NCBI GenBank assembly: GCA_034439575.1
Contig: JAWXAQ010000029.1
Location: 22,383 to 86,382 of the forward strand
Length of the DNA stretch: 64,000 bases
Source of the DNA: Leptospira sp.
GTDB lineage: Bacteria; Spirochaetota; Leptospiria; Leptospirales; Leptospiraceae
Direction: 5' to 3'
In this document: piece by piece, positions 10,000 through 21,590 of the stretch
Position numbering within the stretch: the first letter of the stretch is position 1
Layout: each line of letters opens with the position of its first letter
Program-made: the position numbers and the translations under genes
Notes under the pieces: generated by a model
Databases searched by the model: none
Told to the model about the DNA's origin: nothing
What the model saw: the letters and a program-made list of their open reading frames with translations, nothing else

Positions 10000-10888
10000 C
10001 CTTAAAGAATTTTATTTTGACCTAAATCCTTTTTCAATATTACGACATAGTGATAGGGACTTCGCTCAAACATTTATTCTATTTTTGTATTTGGTTGCCT
10101 TTGCCATAGTAACGTATAAGGTAACTATGTTTTTAGTTGAAAAACTAAAACCTGCAACAGATCCCGCTAACGAATACAACAGAAGGAAAGTAATTCGCGC
10201 TGGATTTTTGATTTCTTATACTATCATTTACCTACCAGTTATATTTTCTAGTTTGTCACTACTTCCGACTGTTCTGGGTTTGGCGGGAGCTGGTATCGTT
10301 ATTTCATTGAAAGAAGTTTGGCTCAATATGGTCGGTTGGTTTATGATCATGGGTGGGAATGGATTTCAAGTTGGCGATCGTATCGAAATGGACAATATCA
10401 AGGGAGATGTTGTCAATATTGGTTTTTTAAAATTTACCCTTCTTGAAGTATCTTCTGATCCAAGAGCAGAACAATCCACAAATCGATTGATTCACTTTCC
10501 GAATTACAATATAGTATTGCATAAATTTTTTATCGTTTCTGATGCTATGGATTTTGTTTGGGATGAATTTAAAATTTCTCTCACAGTAGATTCGGACTGG
10601 GAAAAAGCGGAACTTATCTGCAATCAAATTTTGAATGAAGAACTTGTGCTTGCTCCAGAGTTAGTCGAAGAAAAAATCAGGGAACTTTCAAAGAATTATC
10701 TTGTTAGGTTGGGGAAAAGTACACCTATCGTTTATACTTCTTTGGAAGAAGGATTCATTCTTTTGTCACTCCGGTATTTGACCCCTATCAGATCAAAAAG
10801 ATTAAATCGAATTTTAATCTCGAAAGAAGTATTAAGAAAGTTTAAAAGTGAATCAGATATCCACCTAATACAAGTGAGAAGGTCGTAA
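9989..10888 (+). CDS. Small-conductance mechanosensitive channel family protein
   Basis: TM helices, GLAGAGIVISL, FQVGDRIEMDNIKGDVVNIG beta-domain motif. Confidence 0.85.
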   Translation: MGDNLKEFYFDLNPFSILRHSDRDFAQTFILFLYLVAFAIVTYKVTMFLVEKLKPATDPANEYNRRKVIRAGFLISYTIIYLPVIFSSLSLLPTVLGLAGAGIVISLKEVWLNMVGWFMIMGGNGFQVGDRIEMDNIKGDVVNIGFLKFTLLEVSSDPRAEQSTNRLIHFPNYNIVLHKFFIVSDAMDFVWDEFKISLTVDSDWEKAELICNQILNEELVLAPELVEEKIRELSKNYLVRLGKSTPIVYTSLEEGFILLSLRYLTPIRSKRLNRILISKEVLRKFKSESDIHLIQVRRS

Positions 10889-10894
10889 AATCAA

Positions 10895-11593
10895 ATGAAT
10901 ATTTATAAAATGGCACTTATTGTTTTTTCTGTAAGTTTTTTATCTTTATGCAAAGGAAATACAGGCAGACCAGAAGGAATTCCCGAAAAAGCTACTTACA
11001 ATCGAAAACTGAACATATATGTCCTTAATGAAGGTGGATATGAATATGGCTGGTTCGAAAATGGAAATCTAATTAGCAAAACCCAAGTTAATGCATTCGG
11101 AATTTCTGATGGTATTGCCGAAAGATTTGAATACAAAACAGGCATTCCTATTGCGATCGGGCAATATAAAATGTCAGAGAAATCTGGAAATTGGCAATGG
11201 AAGTATTCAGATGGTAAACCTTATTTTGAAATGAATTTTTCTCCTGGGGTTAGAAAACGTAAATTTTGGTACCCAACTTTAGAATGGGGAAATGAAAATG
11301 GAGCCTACCTACGCTATTTTTCAAATGGAAGAGTGAGTGAAAAAGGAAACTATGATGGTGGGAATAAATCAGGTGATTGGGTAAGATACTATCCAGATAC
11401 TAAAATTGAGTCTAAAGGAAGTTATGTGGAAGATCACAAAACGGGCGATTGGTTTTATTATTACCCTGATGGTCGCAAAGAAGCCGTTGAAAATTATTCT
11501 GAGACTGGTGAACTAATTAAACGAATTACCTTTTATCCAAATGGTTCCGTTTGGTGTGAAACCAAAAAGAACCAAGATACGATTTGTTTTTAA
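10895..11593 (+). CDS. Lipoprotein with MORN-variant (YwqK-like) repeats
   Basis: Lipobox-like LSLC; repeated G.W..YYPDG units. Confidence 0.7.
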   Translation: MNIYKMALIVFSVSFLSLCKGNTGRPEGIPEKATYNRKLNIYVLNEGGYEYGWFENGNLISKTQVNAFGISDGIAERFEYKTGIPIAIGQYKMSEKSGNWQWKYSDGKPYFEMNFSPGVRKRKFWYPTLEWGNENGAYLRYFSNGRVSEKGNYDGGNKSGDWVRYYPDTKIESKGSYVEDHKTGDWFYYYPDGRKEAVENYSETGELIKRITFYPNGSVWCETKKNQDTICF

Positions 11594-11597
11594 AAAA

Positions 11598-12617
11598 TTA
11601 AAACTCAGTGCCTTTCTGAAATAGGCCAGTATTTGCTTGGATCATATCAATATTTAAAATCAAAATACTAAAGAGAAAGGTTACAAAAAACACGATGAGA
11701 ATCGTTGCAAAAATACCCAAAAATCCATTTCTCAAAAACCTGAATTGAAGGTATGCCATACTAACTAGCGTATTTTGAAGTTTTGTAAGTGTCTTTTCAC
11801 CACCCACTTTTCCATAATTGTAAATATAGAAACCCGATAATAGTGCCAATAGTGAAAAAATAAAAACAGTAAACTCTGTTACATAATGTTTTTGTAAAAG
11901 AAACAATGGAATGTAAACAAAATTGCCTATTAAAAAACCAACGGCAATTATAATCATAAAGTGGAAAAAAAGTTTTAAATAAGATCCGCTTGCGTTTTGT
12001 TCTGGTGCGCGACCTTCTTCTTCCAACGAGGATGAGTGCCTTAGTGCTTCAAAATTTGAATGTTCACTTTTACTTTTTTCGACGCGAATGATAGCGAAGA
12101 TGGTTAGTAGGAATGTTCCAAGAAAAAATATCAAACCCAAAATCCCTGTTATTTTTTCATCAGGAATAATTCGTATATGAATCAGTGTTTGTTGCAAAGA
12201 CCAAAATATACCGAGCCATAACATAATTCTATTGAGTGAAAGGTAAAACCACGCTTTAAATAAATAGGAAACAAAGGCGGAAAAACAAAGTGCCATATAG
12301 AAACAGATGATAAAAAATAAAATCCTTTGGCCAATAAGTATACGTTTGATTTTATCTATTGATTCTTCTGGAACTGTATCTATGGGAACATCTTCTTTTG
12401 TTAGTTCATCAGCTAAAAATGAAAGGTAATCGATACGAAACCAGATTCCTTTTCTGATTTCAACCTTTGGTCTCATTTCATTGGCTGAATCAATGGTTTC
12501 ATTTTCGGACAAAGAGATCGGTTCAGGCATCACCACTTCGTAATCTATAAGTAAAGAGTGAAGTGCGACGATAAACAATAGAAAAGGAACGATGGTTGGA
12601 ATTAGTTTTTTAATCAT
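11598..12617 (-). CDS. Hypothetical multi-pass membrane protein
   Basis: 339-aa ORF with about 7 hydrophobic segments. Confidence 0.7.
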   Translation of the reverse strand: MIKKLIPTIVPFLLFIVALHSLLIDYEVVMPEPISLSENETIDSANEMRPKVEIRKGIWFRIDYLSFLADELTKEDVPIDTVPEESIDKIKRILIGQRILFFIICFYMALCFSAFVSYLFKAWFYLSLNRIMLWLGIFWSLQQTLIHIRIIPDEKITGILGLIFFLGTFLLTIFAIIRVEKSKSEHSNFEALRHSSSLEEEGRAPEQNASGSYLKLFFHFMIIIAVGFLIGNFVYIPLFLLQKHYVTEFTVFIFSLLALLSGFYIYNYGKVGGEKTLTKLQNTLVSMAYLQFRFLRNGFLGIFATILIVFFVTFLFSILILNIDMIQANTGLFQKGTEF

Positions 12618-12620
12618 ATT

Positions 12621-13604
12621 TTAAACAAAAAAGAAAATGGCAAAAAGTCCAAATGCGACTAGTCCCAAAATTAAAATAAAAGGCATAATGTGAGATACGT
12701 CACCTGCATCTTTTTTCACAGGTGCTTGGGCTTTCACTTTTTCTGTAGCAGAGGCAACAGAAGTTAAAACAGGCACATTGCCCGCGCTTGAATCAAAAGT
12801 TTTAATTTTTACTGAATTTTCTTCTTCAATGATTTTTCCGTAAACTTGTTCATTAATTTTAATCACAACTTCCGAAATATTTTTGGTATTTGAGATATTT
12901 ACAATTTTTGCTGGGATTTGTTTTATTATGCCTTCTTCATTCTTTAATTCAAGTGAGGTGATTAAACTGTCTGTGACAGGATCACCAGGCATTGGACGAA
13001 TAAAAACTGTATCCCCAGGTTTAAGCTCTGTTAGCGGGGTTCCATTGACTGGAGAAAGTTGGAATCGGAACTGTATCAATTGTTTGTCGACTGGCACAGT
13101 AAAGCTGGAACTTGTCGGGACATTTAATTGTGCAGCGGCTTCTTTACGAGCTAAGTCTTCTTCATCTATCGTAGTTTTTGTGATGTCGTTACGACCTATC
13201 ACTTCATAATGAATTTCAATTGTGGGATTTGATTTTCCAGCAACACGACTATGAAGTTGTGAAAAAATAAAATCCAATCGATCTACCAAATTATGATCTA
13301 TGTAATGTAAAATTTCTGTGAGAACACTTTCTGAGGAGAAGGCAGTTTTAATCGCTTCTTGCAAAGACTTAGAAATGTTTTTTAATTGTTCACCTTTGTA
13401 GATCACTCTTTGCACACGATTGCAAAAGTCCTGAAAAGTGGACCTGACAGGTATCAAAACTAGAGGACTACCACTGGCAACTCCCTCATACTTCACTGAC
13501 TTTATTTCGACGGGGTCAAGAATAGCGGCGTACATAGCATAAACCATATTGGTTTCGTCGCGCACTACAACTTTCAAGGAATAGTAATTTGGAGATTCGG
13601 CCAT
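12621..13604 (-). CDS. Hypothetical protein with C-terminal membrane anchor
   Basis: Long ORF; probable ATG at 13604 (MAESPNYY); single C-terminal TM helix. Confidence 0.65.
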   Translation of the reverse strand: MAESPNYYSLKVVVRDETNMVYAMYAAILDPVEIKSVKYEGVASGSPLVLIPVRSTFQDFCNRVQRVIYKGEQLKNISKSLQEAIKTAFSSESVLTEILHYIDHNLVDRLDFIFSQLHSRVAGKSNPTIEIHYEVIGRNDITKTTIDEEDLARKEAAAQLNVPTSSSFTVPVDKQLIQFRFQLSPVNGTPLTELKPGDTVFIRPMPGDPVTDSLITSLELKNEEGIIKQIPAKIVNISNTKNISEVVIKINEQVYGKIIEEENSVKIKTFDSSAGNVPVLTSVASATEKVKAQAPVKKDAGDVSHIMPFILILGLVAFGLFAIFFFV

Positions 13605-13664
13605 AAGGTTCTTTTTTGACAGTATCCATCTTACGAAGAAAGCTGTCAAAAAGATTAGGTTACC

Positions 13665-15017
13665 ATGGGCATCGTTGCATTAATTACTACTCGCTATATT
13701 CGCGGGTCACGCGTTTTAGGATTTTTATCTATAAAATCCCGTCTTTCTTTCATTGTGATGATGGTAGGGGTATCCCTTCTGGTTGTCGTTTTATCTATTT
13801 TCAATGGTTTTCAAAAACAGGTCAAGGAATCACTGTGGCAGGGTGGACCTCACATAACAATAGAAAACGCATATGGGTCGGGTGCCATTAGCAATTACCA
13901 AAAGGTGATCGAGCACTTGAGAACCGATCCTAAATTAAAAGACACGATCATTTCTATCGAAGGAAATATCACAAGTCACGGTCTCATCCAAAGTAACAAC
14001 AATTTTAACCCCATTATGATTCGTGCTGTCCCTATTGAAAGTATCGAAAGACTGATCGAAAATGGTCTTCCGAACTTTCCAAGAATTCTCCAGTACAACC
14101 GAGATGAGATTCAAAATATAAATACAAAAAAACTAGTCGTGATCGGAAAAGAAATGAGTGCCATTTATGGATATGGATTGGGCAAAGATATTACTATGGC
14201 GGTTCCTGGTGGAAGGTTCACTGTGGAACGTGGTGTTCAAGTGAATGTCCAAACTTTCCGACTAACAGGCCTATTCAAAACAGGATATTATAATTATGAT
14301 TCCAAATTTGTTTTTTTATCTTTGCCTATGGCACAAGATTTTTTTAAAATGAAAGATGCTGTAAATCAAATTGCGATCAAAGTCAATTCCCTTGATGATT
14401 TAAAAATTACAAAAACTAGAATTCTAAATCGTTTGAACGAAGATAATTGGGATGAAAAAATCCAAGGCCAATCTTCTTTCTCCGTTCGTACCATTGCAGA
14501 AGAACAGGAAAATTTTCTGGCAGCTCTTCGATTGGAAAAAACAATTATATCCATCATTGTGTTTTTGTTTATCGTTCTTGCCGCTTTAGGTATGGTTGCG
14601 ACCGTTCATTCCCTTGTGCGAGCAAAACGAAAATCTATCGGGACATTGAAAGCTCTCGGTCTGTCTTCAAATGATATTTTGCTTATCTTTACATTAAATG
14701 CTATGATCGTTGGAATATTGTCTTCGTTAGTTGGCGGTATGTGGGGAATATTTGTCGCTACCAAATTAGAAGTGATTATCAATGGATTGTCTGAGATCAT
14801 CAATGCGGTAGGATCTACCTTAAACCCGTCTGACTGGAATAATGTGGAACTTGTTCCTAAAGATATTTATTATTTTGATCACATCCCCGTTGATATTGAT
14901 ATTTCCTTTATTTTTATGGTCACAACGGCTGCGACCATCCTTTCCGGTCTTGCTGGTTACTTTCCTGCAAGATGGGCCGCAAATTTAAATCCAGTGGATA
15001 CCATTAGAAATGACTAA
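13665..15017 (+). CDS. Lipoprotein-releasing ABC transporter permease (LolC/E family)
   Basis: [45 protein letters not shown]. Confidence 0.88.
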   Translation: MGIVALITTRYIRGSRVLGFLSIKSRLSFIVMMVGVSLLVVVLSIFNGFQKQVKESLWQGGPHITIENAYGSGAISNYQKVIEHLRTDPKLKDTIISIEGNITSHGLIQSNNNFNPIMIRAVPIESIERLIENGLPNFPRILQYNRDEIQNINTKKLVVIGKEMSAIYGYGLGKDITMAVPGGRFTVERGVQVNVQTFRLTGLFKTGYYNYDSKFVFLSLPMAQDFFKMKDAVNQIAIKVNSLDDLKITKTRILNRLNEDNWDEKIQGQSSFSVRTIAEEQENFLAALRLEKTIISIIVFLFIVLAALGMVATVHSLVRAKRKSIGTLKALGLSSNDILLIFTLNAMIVGILSSLVGGMWGIFVATKLEVIINGLSEIINAVGSTLNPSDWNNVELVPKDIYYFDHIPVDIDISFIFMVTTAATILSGLAGYFPARWAANLNPVDTIRND

Positions 15018-15708
15018 TATTGTTACCGATGCAACCGTTTCCGTTCGAGGCTTACAAAAGTACTACCAAGTTGTAGACCAAAAATACCATATCTTATCGG
15101 GCATGGATTTTGAAGTAAAAACAGGGGAAATCGTCTCTGTGGAAGGTGCTTCTGGTGTTGGTAAATCCACACTTTTGAATATCCTTGGAGCTATGGATTC
15201 CTTTGATGAAGGGGATGTGGATGTTTGTGGTGTATCCTTAAAAAATCTGAATGAAAGGCAAAGAGAACTTTTTCGTGCAGAAAAAATATCTTTCATTTTT
15301 CAACAGCACTTGTTATTACCAGATTTTACTGCGATCGAAAATGTAATGATGCCTCTTCTTATCTCCAAGGTAAATCAAAAAGAGGCCAAACAAAGAGCTT
15401 TGGACATTTTATCGCTTGTTGGACTAAAAGATAGAACAGAAAGTTTTCCTTCACAATTATCTGGTGGCGAAAGTGCAAGGGTGGGCGTAGCACGTGCATT
15501 AGTTGGACGTAAACAATTGATTTTGGCGGATGAGCCAACTGGAAATTTGGATAGAGACAATTCCAGACATCTTATGGATTTAATCAAAGAGTTACAAAGA
15601 GAATTTCAATTTTCATTGATTCTTGTCACTCACGATATGGAGCTCGCATCCATGGCACATAAACGAAATAGAATTGAATCTGGCAAACTTTCACCAATAA
15701 TGAGTTAA
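15010..15708 (+). CDS. lolD: Lipoprotein-releasing ABC transporter ATPase
   Basis: [36 protein letters not shown]; overlaps the permease stop. Confidence 0.85.
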   Translation: MTNIVTDATVSVRGLQKYYQVVDQKYHILSGMDFEVKTGEIVSVEGASGVGKSTLLNILGAMDSFDEGDVDVCGVSLKNLNERQRELFRAEKISFIFQQHLLLPDFTAIENVMMPLLISKVNQKEAKQRALDILSLVGLKDRTESFPSQLSGGESARVGVARALVGRKQLILADEPTGNLDRDNSRHLMDLIKELQREFQFSLILVTHDMELASMAHKRNRIESGKLSPIMS

Positions 15709-15713
15709 GTGGT

Positions 15714-16469
15714 ATGGATTTTTGCCCTCTTTGTGGGCTAAGCTATGAATTTTTTTTAAGCACGGGCAAATTTGGCTGTAGAAGTTGCCCGCATATATTT
15801 CTGCCAAAACAAATTCGGAGAGCAAAGTTTCTTCCGATCGCAAAATTCGAATTGGAAAAATTAACAAATGTTAAAGAGTTTCCACATCCCAATTGGACAG
15901 GAATTCGTTATCGATTGCGTATTGCCAGATGTTTACGCAAAGGATTTTTTCCGTATTATGCGCGTTATGAGGATGAAATCTTAAATCTGCTAGAAAAAGC
16001 CAAACTCATCCAATTGCACCAAGTTAAAAAGAAAGATTCGAATACTTCCCAAGGTTTGCATTTCTATTTTGGAGACGAGGATCATTTACGTTTTGAAATT
16101 GTGGGCGAAAAATCAGAATTTCAAAGTATGTTTTCCGATACGTATCATGATTGTAAAAGATTTCTATACCAAACAAACCTTTGGGCCTATGAAACTCCTA
16201 TAGGTTTCATTAATTCTTGTCCTACAAATTGTGGCCGAGGAGATAGAATGAGTGTCCAAGCAAAAATCGAATCAAAATATGTGCCTGAATTAGTAAATTA
16301 TCTGGAACCACTTATGGGATTTGGTATAGAATTTTCCCCCCAGGTCGATGTACACAGTAGAGAAAAGTTAGAAACAAATCGAGTTTTGGTTCAGATATCG
16401 TGTAAAAACGCATTTCCTAGCCAAAAACTACGTTTTTTCAAAATTCTTGGTTTACTCGGACTTAGATAA
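15714..16469 (+). CDS. McsA-like Cys motif fused to a truncated McsB/ATP:guanido phosphotransferase-like domain
   Basis: N-terminal CPLCG...[29 protein letters not shown]; immediately upstream of clpC. Confidence 0.7.
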   Translation: MDFCPLCGLSYEFFLSTGKFGCRSCPHIFLPKQIRRAKFLPIAKFELEKLTNVKEFPHPNWTGIRYRLRIARCLRKGFFPYYARYEDEILNLLEKAKLIQLHQVKKKDSNTSQGLHFYFGDEDHLRFEIVGEKSEFQSMFSDTYHDCKRFLYQTNLWAYETPIGFINSCPTNCGRGDRMSVQAKIESKYVPELVNYLEPLMGFGIEFSPQVDVHSREKLETNRVLVQISCKNAFPSQKLRFFKILGLLGLR

Positions 16470-16531
16470 GTAAGTACGGTCAAAGATGGGAACGAAGACT
16501 TTCGTCTAAGTTTTATAAGGTAGGGTGCGGC

Positions 16532-19075
16532 ATGTTGGAATTCACAAAAAGAGCAAAAAGAGTCATCAACGAAATCGCGCAGGACGAAGCCAAGAGATTG
16601 GGTTCCGACTTCATTGGACCAGAGCATATACTTCTTGGGCTTTTGCGAGAAGAGGACTCGGTTGCGATAAAGATTCTAACGAATCTAAATATTAACCTGA
16701 ACGAACTCAAAAAAGAGGTCGAAAAACGCACCAGAGAAAATTCCGGGGCGTTGCTCCTTGACGTCACTCAAGGCCAAGATAAATACCAAAAAATGATCGA
16801 GGTCTCAAAAGAAGAGGCTAAACGATTAAAGCACAATTATGTCGGAACAGAACATATCCTTTTGGCACTGCTTCGGGACAATAACAACATCGCTGGGGGA
16901 TCTTTATCTTCTTTCAGCGTGAATTACAACGTTATCAAATCAGAAATTTTACGATTGTTAGGGGCTCCACCTGCAAGTGCAGTTGGTGCATCCGCTGGAA
17001 GCCAACAATCTCAACAACAATCAGCACCTCCTCCTCGTCAGGAAAAAAGCAAAACGCCAATTCTAGACGAATTCGCACGCGACTTAACACAACTCGCTCG
17101 TGAGAAAAAATTGGATCCAGTCATCGGTCGTGCGAAAGAAATCGAACGTGTGATACAGATTTTATCTAGAAAAACAAAGAATAATCCAGTGTTAGTTGGT
17201 GAGTCGGGTGTTGGTAAAACAGCGATCGTAGAAGGCCTTGCGCAAGCAGTGGTAGAAAAATTAGTTCCTGATTTACTTTTCGACAAACGAGTGCTATCTC
17301 TCGACTTGGCGAGTTTAATTGCTGGAACAAAATACCGTGGTGAATTTGAGGAAAGACTCAAAAAAATCATGAAAGAAATTGTTTCTTCTCAAAATATCAT
17401 TATCTTTATAGATGAGCTACATACACTCATAGGTGCAGGAGCCGCAGAAGGTGCAGTGGACGCAGCGAATATCCTTAAGCCCGCTCTTGCTCGTGGCGAA
17501 TTACAATGTATAGGTGCTACAACTAGTAACGAGTACCGTAAATACATCGAAAAGGATGCGGCACTCGAACGTCGATTCCAAATGGTAAAGGTTTTAGAAC
17601 CATCTGTTGACGATGCGATTTTGATTTTGGACGGTCTCAAAAAAGCTTACGAAGCTCACCATAAGGTGCGTTATTCGGCAAAAGCATTGGAACAAGCAGT
17701 CAAACTTTCGCACCGTTATATCAATGATCGTTTTTTACCAGACAAAGCGATTGACATCATTGACGAAGCCGGTGCCAAAGCACGCTTAGCGAATTGCCAA
17801 AGACCAAACGAAATCAAAGAAATAGAAGAAGAAATTAAAGCTTTATCTACCAAAAAAGAAGATTTGGTTCGTGGACAAGAATACGAAAAAGCGGCAGCAG
17901 TTCGCGATGAAGTGAACCAGAAAAAAATTGCCTTAGAAGAAAAAACGAAACAGTGGCAGGAACGAATCGAAGGATTTGCGGTTTCCATTGAAGAAGAAGA
18001 TATCTTATCTGTTGTTAGTTTATGGACTGGCATACCATTGAAAAAAATGGAACAAACAGAAAATGCAAAACTTCTCAATTTGGAAACAGTAATCAAGGAT
18101 CGTATCGTTGGTCAAACAGAAGCCATAGAAAAAGTCGCACGTGCGGTTCGAAGATCTAGAACTGGCTTAAAAAGTGAAAAACGACCTACGGGTTCATTTA
18201 TTTTTCTTGGGCCTACTGGAGTTGGGAAAACAGAACTTGCGAAAGCTCTCGCTGAACAACTATTTGGTTCTGAAGATGCGATGTTGCGAATCGATATGTC
18301 TGAGTATATGGAGCCACATGCAGTTTCAAGATTGATTGGAGCACCTCCAGGTTACGTGGGTTACGATGATGGTGGCCAGCTAACAGAGTTCGTGCGACGT
18401 CGTCCTTACAGTTTAGTGCTTTTGGATGAGATTGAAAAGGCACATCATGATTTGTTCAATATCCTCCTTCAAATTATGGAAGAAGGAAATTTGACCGACA
18501 CTAAGGGTCGCAAAGTAAACTTCCGCGATACGATTATCATCATGACTTCCAATATTGCCGCTAAGGAAATTTCCAAAGGTGGTCGATTGGGATTTGAAGA
18601 TTTTCAAGAAGAAAGAGAACAATACAAAGCTGACCAAGCAAGAGAGCAGTTAAAGAAACATTTTAACCCAGAGTTCCTCAATCGTGTGGATGAAGTCGTG
18701 TATTTCGCTCCGCTCAAAAAAGAAGAAATCGTTCTTATTGTGGACATTATGTTAAAAGACTTTAACAAGCGTTTGACTGAGAAGAAAGTTTACGTAGATT
18801 TGAGTGGTCCTGCGAAAGAACATTTTGCAACAATCGGTTATGATCAAAATTATGGTGCAAGACCACTTCGCCGAGTATTCCAAAGAGAATTGGAAGACTA
18901 TATGGCAGTCCAGTCGCTGAAAGGTGTTTATGAAAATCCTACAAAAATCGCTGTTGATTTAGTAGAAGGTAAACTCACTTTCGAAGAAAGCCCTTGGACT
19001 GATTACAAAGAACCTGTGAAAAAAGATGACGATTCTTCTTCCAGTGAAGAAAAGAAAGATTTAGCGCTCGTGTGA
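16532..19075 (+). CDS. clpC: ATP-dependent Clp protease ATPase subunit ClpC
   Basis: Clp-N repeats, two AAA+ domains ([16 protein letters not shown]), UVR-like middle coil [14 protein letters not shown] ClpP-docking loop. Confidence 0.95.
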   Translation: MLEFTKRAKRVINEIAQDEAKRLGSDFIGPEHILLGLLREEDSVAIKILTNLNINLNELKKEVEKRTRENSGALLLDVTQGQDKYQKMIEVSKEEAKRLKHNYVGTEHILLALLRDNNNIAGGSLSSFSVNYNVIKSEILRLLGAPPASAVGASAGSQQSQQQSAPPPRQEKSKTPILDEFARDLTQLAREKKLDPVIGRAKEIERVIQILSRKTKNNPVLVGESGVGKTAIVEGLAQAVVEKLVPDLLFDKRVLSLDLASLIAGTKYRGEFEERLKKIMKEIVSSQNIIIFIDELHTLIGAGAAEGAVDAANILKPALARGELQCIGATTSNEYRKYIEKDAALERRFQMVKVLEPSVDDAILILDGLKKAYEAHHKVRYSAKALEQAVKLSHRYINDRFLPDKAIDIIDEAGAKARLANCQRPNEIKEIEEEIKALSTKKEDLVRGQEYEKAAAVRDEVNQKKIALEEKTKQWQERIEGFAVSIEEEDILSVVSLWTGIPLKKMEQTENAKLLNLETVIKDRIVGQTEAIEKVARAVRRSRTGLKSEKRPTGSFIFLGPTGVGKTELAKALAEQLFGSEDAMLRIDMSEYMEPHAVSRLIGAPPGYVGYDDGGQLTEFVRRRPYSLVLLDEIEKAHHDLFNILLQIMEEGNLTDTKGRKVNFRDTIIIMTSNIAAKEISKGGRLGFEDFQEEREQYKADQAREQLKKHFNPEFLNRVDEVVYFAPLKKEEIVLIVDIMLKDFNKRLTEKKVYVDLSGPAKEHFATIGYDQNYGARPLRRVFQRELEDYMAVQSLKGVYENPTKIAVDLVEGKLTFEESPWTDYKEPVKKDDDSSSSEEKKDLALV

Positions 19076-19079
19076 TGTA

Positions 19080-19514
19080 ATGGCAATTCTGATTCCTTTG
19101 TTGTTCCTATTTTCCTATTTTTTTATTAGGAAAATATGGTTCCAACTTAGAAAAATCAGAACCGTCGCCTCGATAGAAAAAATCCAGATTGGGATCATTC
19201 AACCCAATCTGGTCCTTCCTGAAGTTAAAGTTCACTACAAATATTATTTCCAATCGGGTCTCTATTACGGAGTCGGCTATCTCAATGTATCTGATTTTCT
19301 CCCCGGTTTGGAATTTCATCTGCATTTAGGACAAAACCAAATCCCTTCTTTATTTTTGGATGATCAGGAATATATCACGGAAGAACATATTGAACATTTC
19401 TTGCTTTCTCATGGGGCTAGCGTTTTCATATACATAGACCCCATCGAACCTTATCATTCTAGAATCGATCAGGTGAATTTAAACTGGGTCGGAGTCCCCT
19501 CGGATCTTATATGA
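19080..19514 (+). CDS. Hypothetical membrane-anchored protein
   Basis: N-terminal TM segment; operon-like spacing after clpC. Confidence 0.6.
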   Translation: MAILIPLLFLFSYFFIRKIWFQLRKIRTVASIEKIQIGIIQPNLVLPEVKVHYKYYFQSGLYYGVGYLNVSDFLPGLEFHLHLGQNQIPSLFLDDQEYITEEHIEHFLLSHGASVFIYIDPIEPYHSRIDQVNLNWVGVPSDLI

Positions 19515-20293
19515 AACTTATATCTACCCTTTTATTTTTTTATCTACTAACTACTGTTTCCCTATTTTCCCAAGAGTCAAAACCCACAGCTGGTTCGACA
19601 TATTTTCAAGCTGTCGAAGAATACAAATTACGAAATTATCCTAAGTCTATCGAATTATTAAAAGCTCTTTTGGCTGAAGGAAAAGCAACATATGAAAGTT
19701 ATGCGTTACTTGCGTATAATTATGATAAGTTGAATGACTTTGAAAATGCTTATGGTTCAATTGGGGAAGCTCGGAAAAGAAAACCAGACGATGAAAACTT
19801 AGCAAGTGATACATTAGGGATACTTGCTCATTTTAAAAAATGGAAAGCGGTTATCGAACTTTGTGAAAAATTTATCCCTCAATATTCAACAAATCCTGAA
19901 ATTCGTTATTTTTATGCATTGGCTCTGGCTCAAAGAGGAGCGGACAAAACAGCACTCTCTCAAATTGAAAAGGCCAAGGCCAATCATCCAAACGATGTTC
20001 GATTCTTGGAATTAGAGGGAAAAATCTACTATGCTTTGAAAAACTATGACAAAGCGGATGTTAGCTTGCGATGGGCAACAAGTATCAATGATAAATCCGC
20101 TGGGATTTGGAACAATTTAGCTCTTGTCCAAGAAGCTATGTATTTACAAAATATTAAACTTGGAAAAAAGAAAGACGCATCTTCCTATTTAGAAGAGGCG
20201 AAATTATGCATTCAAAGAGCAGAAGAATTAAAGCCTGAAAATAATTCCATCAAGGAAAACAGCAAGCGTATCAGCGCTATCCCCTCTGCGTGA
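19511..20293 (+). CDS. Tetratricopeptide repeat protein, exported
   Basis: Signal peptide and TPR-like helical repeats. Confidence 0.8.
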   Translation: MKLISTLLFFYLLTTVSLFSQESKPTAGSTYFQAVEEYKLRNYPKSIELLKALLAEGKATYESYALLAYNYDKLNDFENAYGSIGEARKRKPDDENLASDTLGILAHFKKWKAVIELCEKFIPQYSTNPEIRYFYALALAQRGADKTALSQIEKAKANHPNDVRFLELEGKIYYALKNYDKADVSLRWATSINDKSAGIWNNLALVQEAMYLQNIKLGKKKDASSYLEEAKLCIQRAEELKPENNSIKENSKRISAIPSA

Positions 20294-21582
20294 AAATTAA
20301 ATTTCATACTCTCGGTTGTCGGTTAAATTTTTTTGAAACCGATGGCCTTTATTCCGTCCTGAAAGACAATGGTTTTTCGCTCGCAGATAACAATGAGAAT
20401 GCGAACTATATAGTTGTAAATACTTGTACCGTCACAAACAAAGCGGATGTAAAGAATAGAAACATCATTCGAAATGCAATTCGTTCCAATCCTGGAGCAA
20501 AAGTATTTGTCACAGGTTGTTATGCGGAAACAGATCGAGAAATCATCTCCGCCATTCCAGGGGTCACAGCTGTTTATGGAAATACAGAAAAAAGCTCTCT
20601 TCCTTACAAAATTTTGGCTGATTGGAAGGGAACTGAAAATTCAATTCCAGAATCTTTGGATAGGTTCTCTTATTCGGATGTATTGCCAGAAGGACATACT
20701 CGTTCTTATTTAAAAATCCAAGATGGATGCAATCGCAAATGTTCTTATTGCAAAATTCCTGCGGCTAGAGGGCTTGGAGTTAGTCGAAAGTATGATGATG
20801 TTTTGGATCAAGTTCGTTTTTTACAGGACCATGGCGTAGGAGAAATACAGCTTACGGGCGTTAATCTAGGCTGGTATCGTTTAGAAAATGGGGATAAAGG
20901 TTTCCTGAATTTACTTGAAAGCATCTTAAAAATATTAGAATATTCTAGATTAAGGCTTTCTTCTATCGAACCACCCGATGTAGGGGATGGACTTCTTGAT
21001 CTGATGACCCACCCAAGGTTTTGTAAATTTTTACATATACCCATTCAAAGTGGTAGTAGAAGTGTTCTTAAAGCAATGAAGCGGACGTATCATCCAGATT
21101 CGTTTCGTTTACGAGTAAACAAAGCTAAGACAAAAATTCCAGATTTGTTTCTAGGTACAGATGCCATTGTCGGATTTCCCAATGAATCAATTCAGGATTT
21201 TGAAGACACCAAATCTATGTTAATTGAACTTGGATTCGCAAAAATCCATGCATTTCCTTATTCTGTGAGAAAAGATACGAGTGCTGAAGGATTGGGCGAC
21301 CCCATTCAAGGCGATGAAAAGAAACGCCGTGTACTTGAATTGATGGCACTTAGTTCTGAATTGAATGAAGAGTATGTTAAAACCCAAATAGGGATACTAC
21401 AAGAAGGCATTCTAGAAAACGACGGTCGTTTGGTGACGAGTAATTATCTGAAAGGACGCCTTGAAGATGATGCTGATTATAAATTTTTACAAAATGGGCA
21501 GTTTTTGGATGTAATTCCAAAATCTTACATCAAAATTCCAAACAAAGAAACAGAAGTCATCTTTTCCCTTCGCAAAAACTAA
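20290..21582 (+). CDS. mtaB: tRNA t6A37 methylthiotransferase MtaB
   Basis: TLGCRLN, VNTCTVT, VTGCYA, radical [17 protein letters not shown]. Confidence 0.9.
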   Translation: MKIKFHTLGCRLNFFETDGLYSVLKDNGFSLADNNENANYIVVNTCTVTNKADVKNRNIIRNAIRSNPGAKVFVTGCYAETDREIISAIPGVTAVYGNTEKSSLPYKILADWKGTENSIPESLDRFSYSDVLPEGHTRSYLKIQDGCNRKCSYCKIPAARGLGVSRKYDDVLDQVRFLQDHGVGEIQLTGVNLGWYRLENGDKGFLNLLESILKILEYSRLRLSSIEPPDVGDGLLDLMTHPRFCKFLHIPIQSGSRSVLKAMKRTYHPDSFRLRVNKAKTKIPDLFLGTDAIVGFPNESIQDFEDTKSMLIELGFAKIHAFPYSVRKDTSAEGLGDPIQGDEKKRRVLELMALSSELNEEYVKTQIGILQEGILENDGRLVTSNYLKGRLEDDADYKFLQNGQFLDVIPKSYIKIPNKETEVIFSLRKN

Positions 21583-21590
21583 AATCTAGT

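Noticed and set aside
10895-11593. YwqK-like antitoxin of a toxin-antitoxin system
   Set aside because: Only generic MORN-variant repeats on a lipoprotein; no neighbouring toxin
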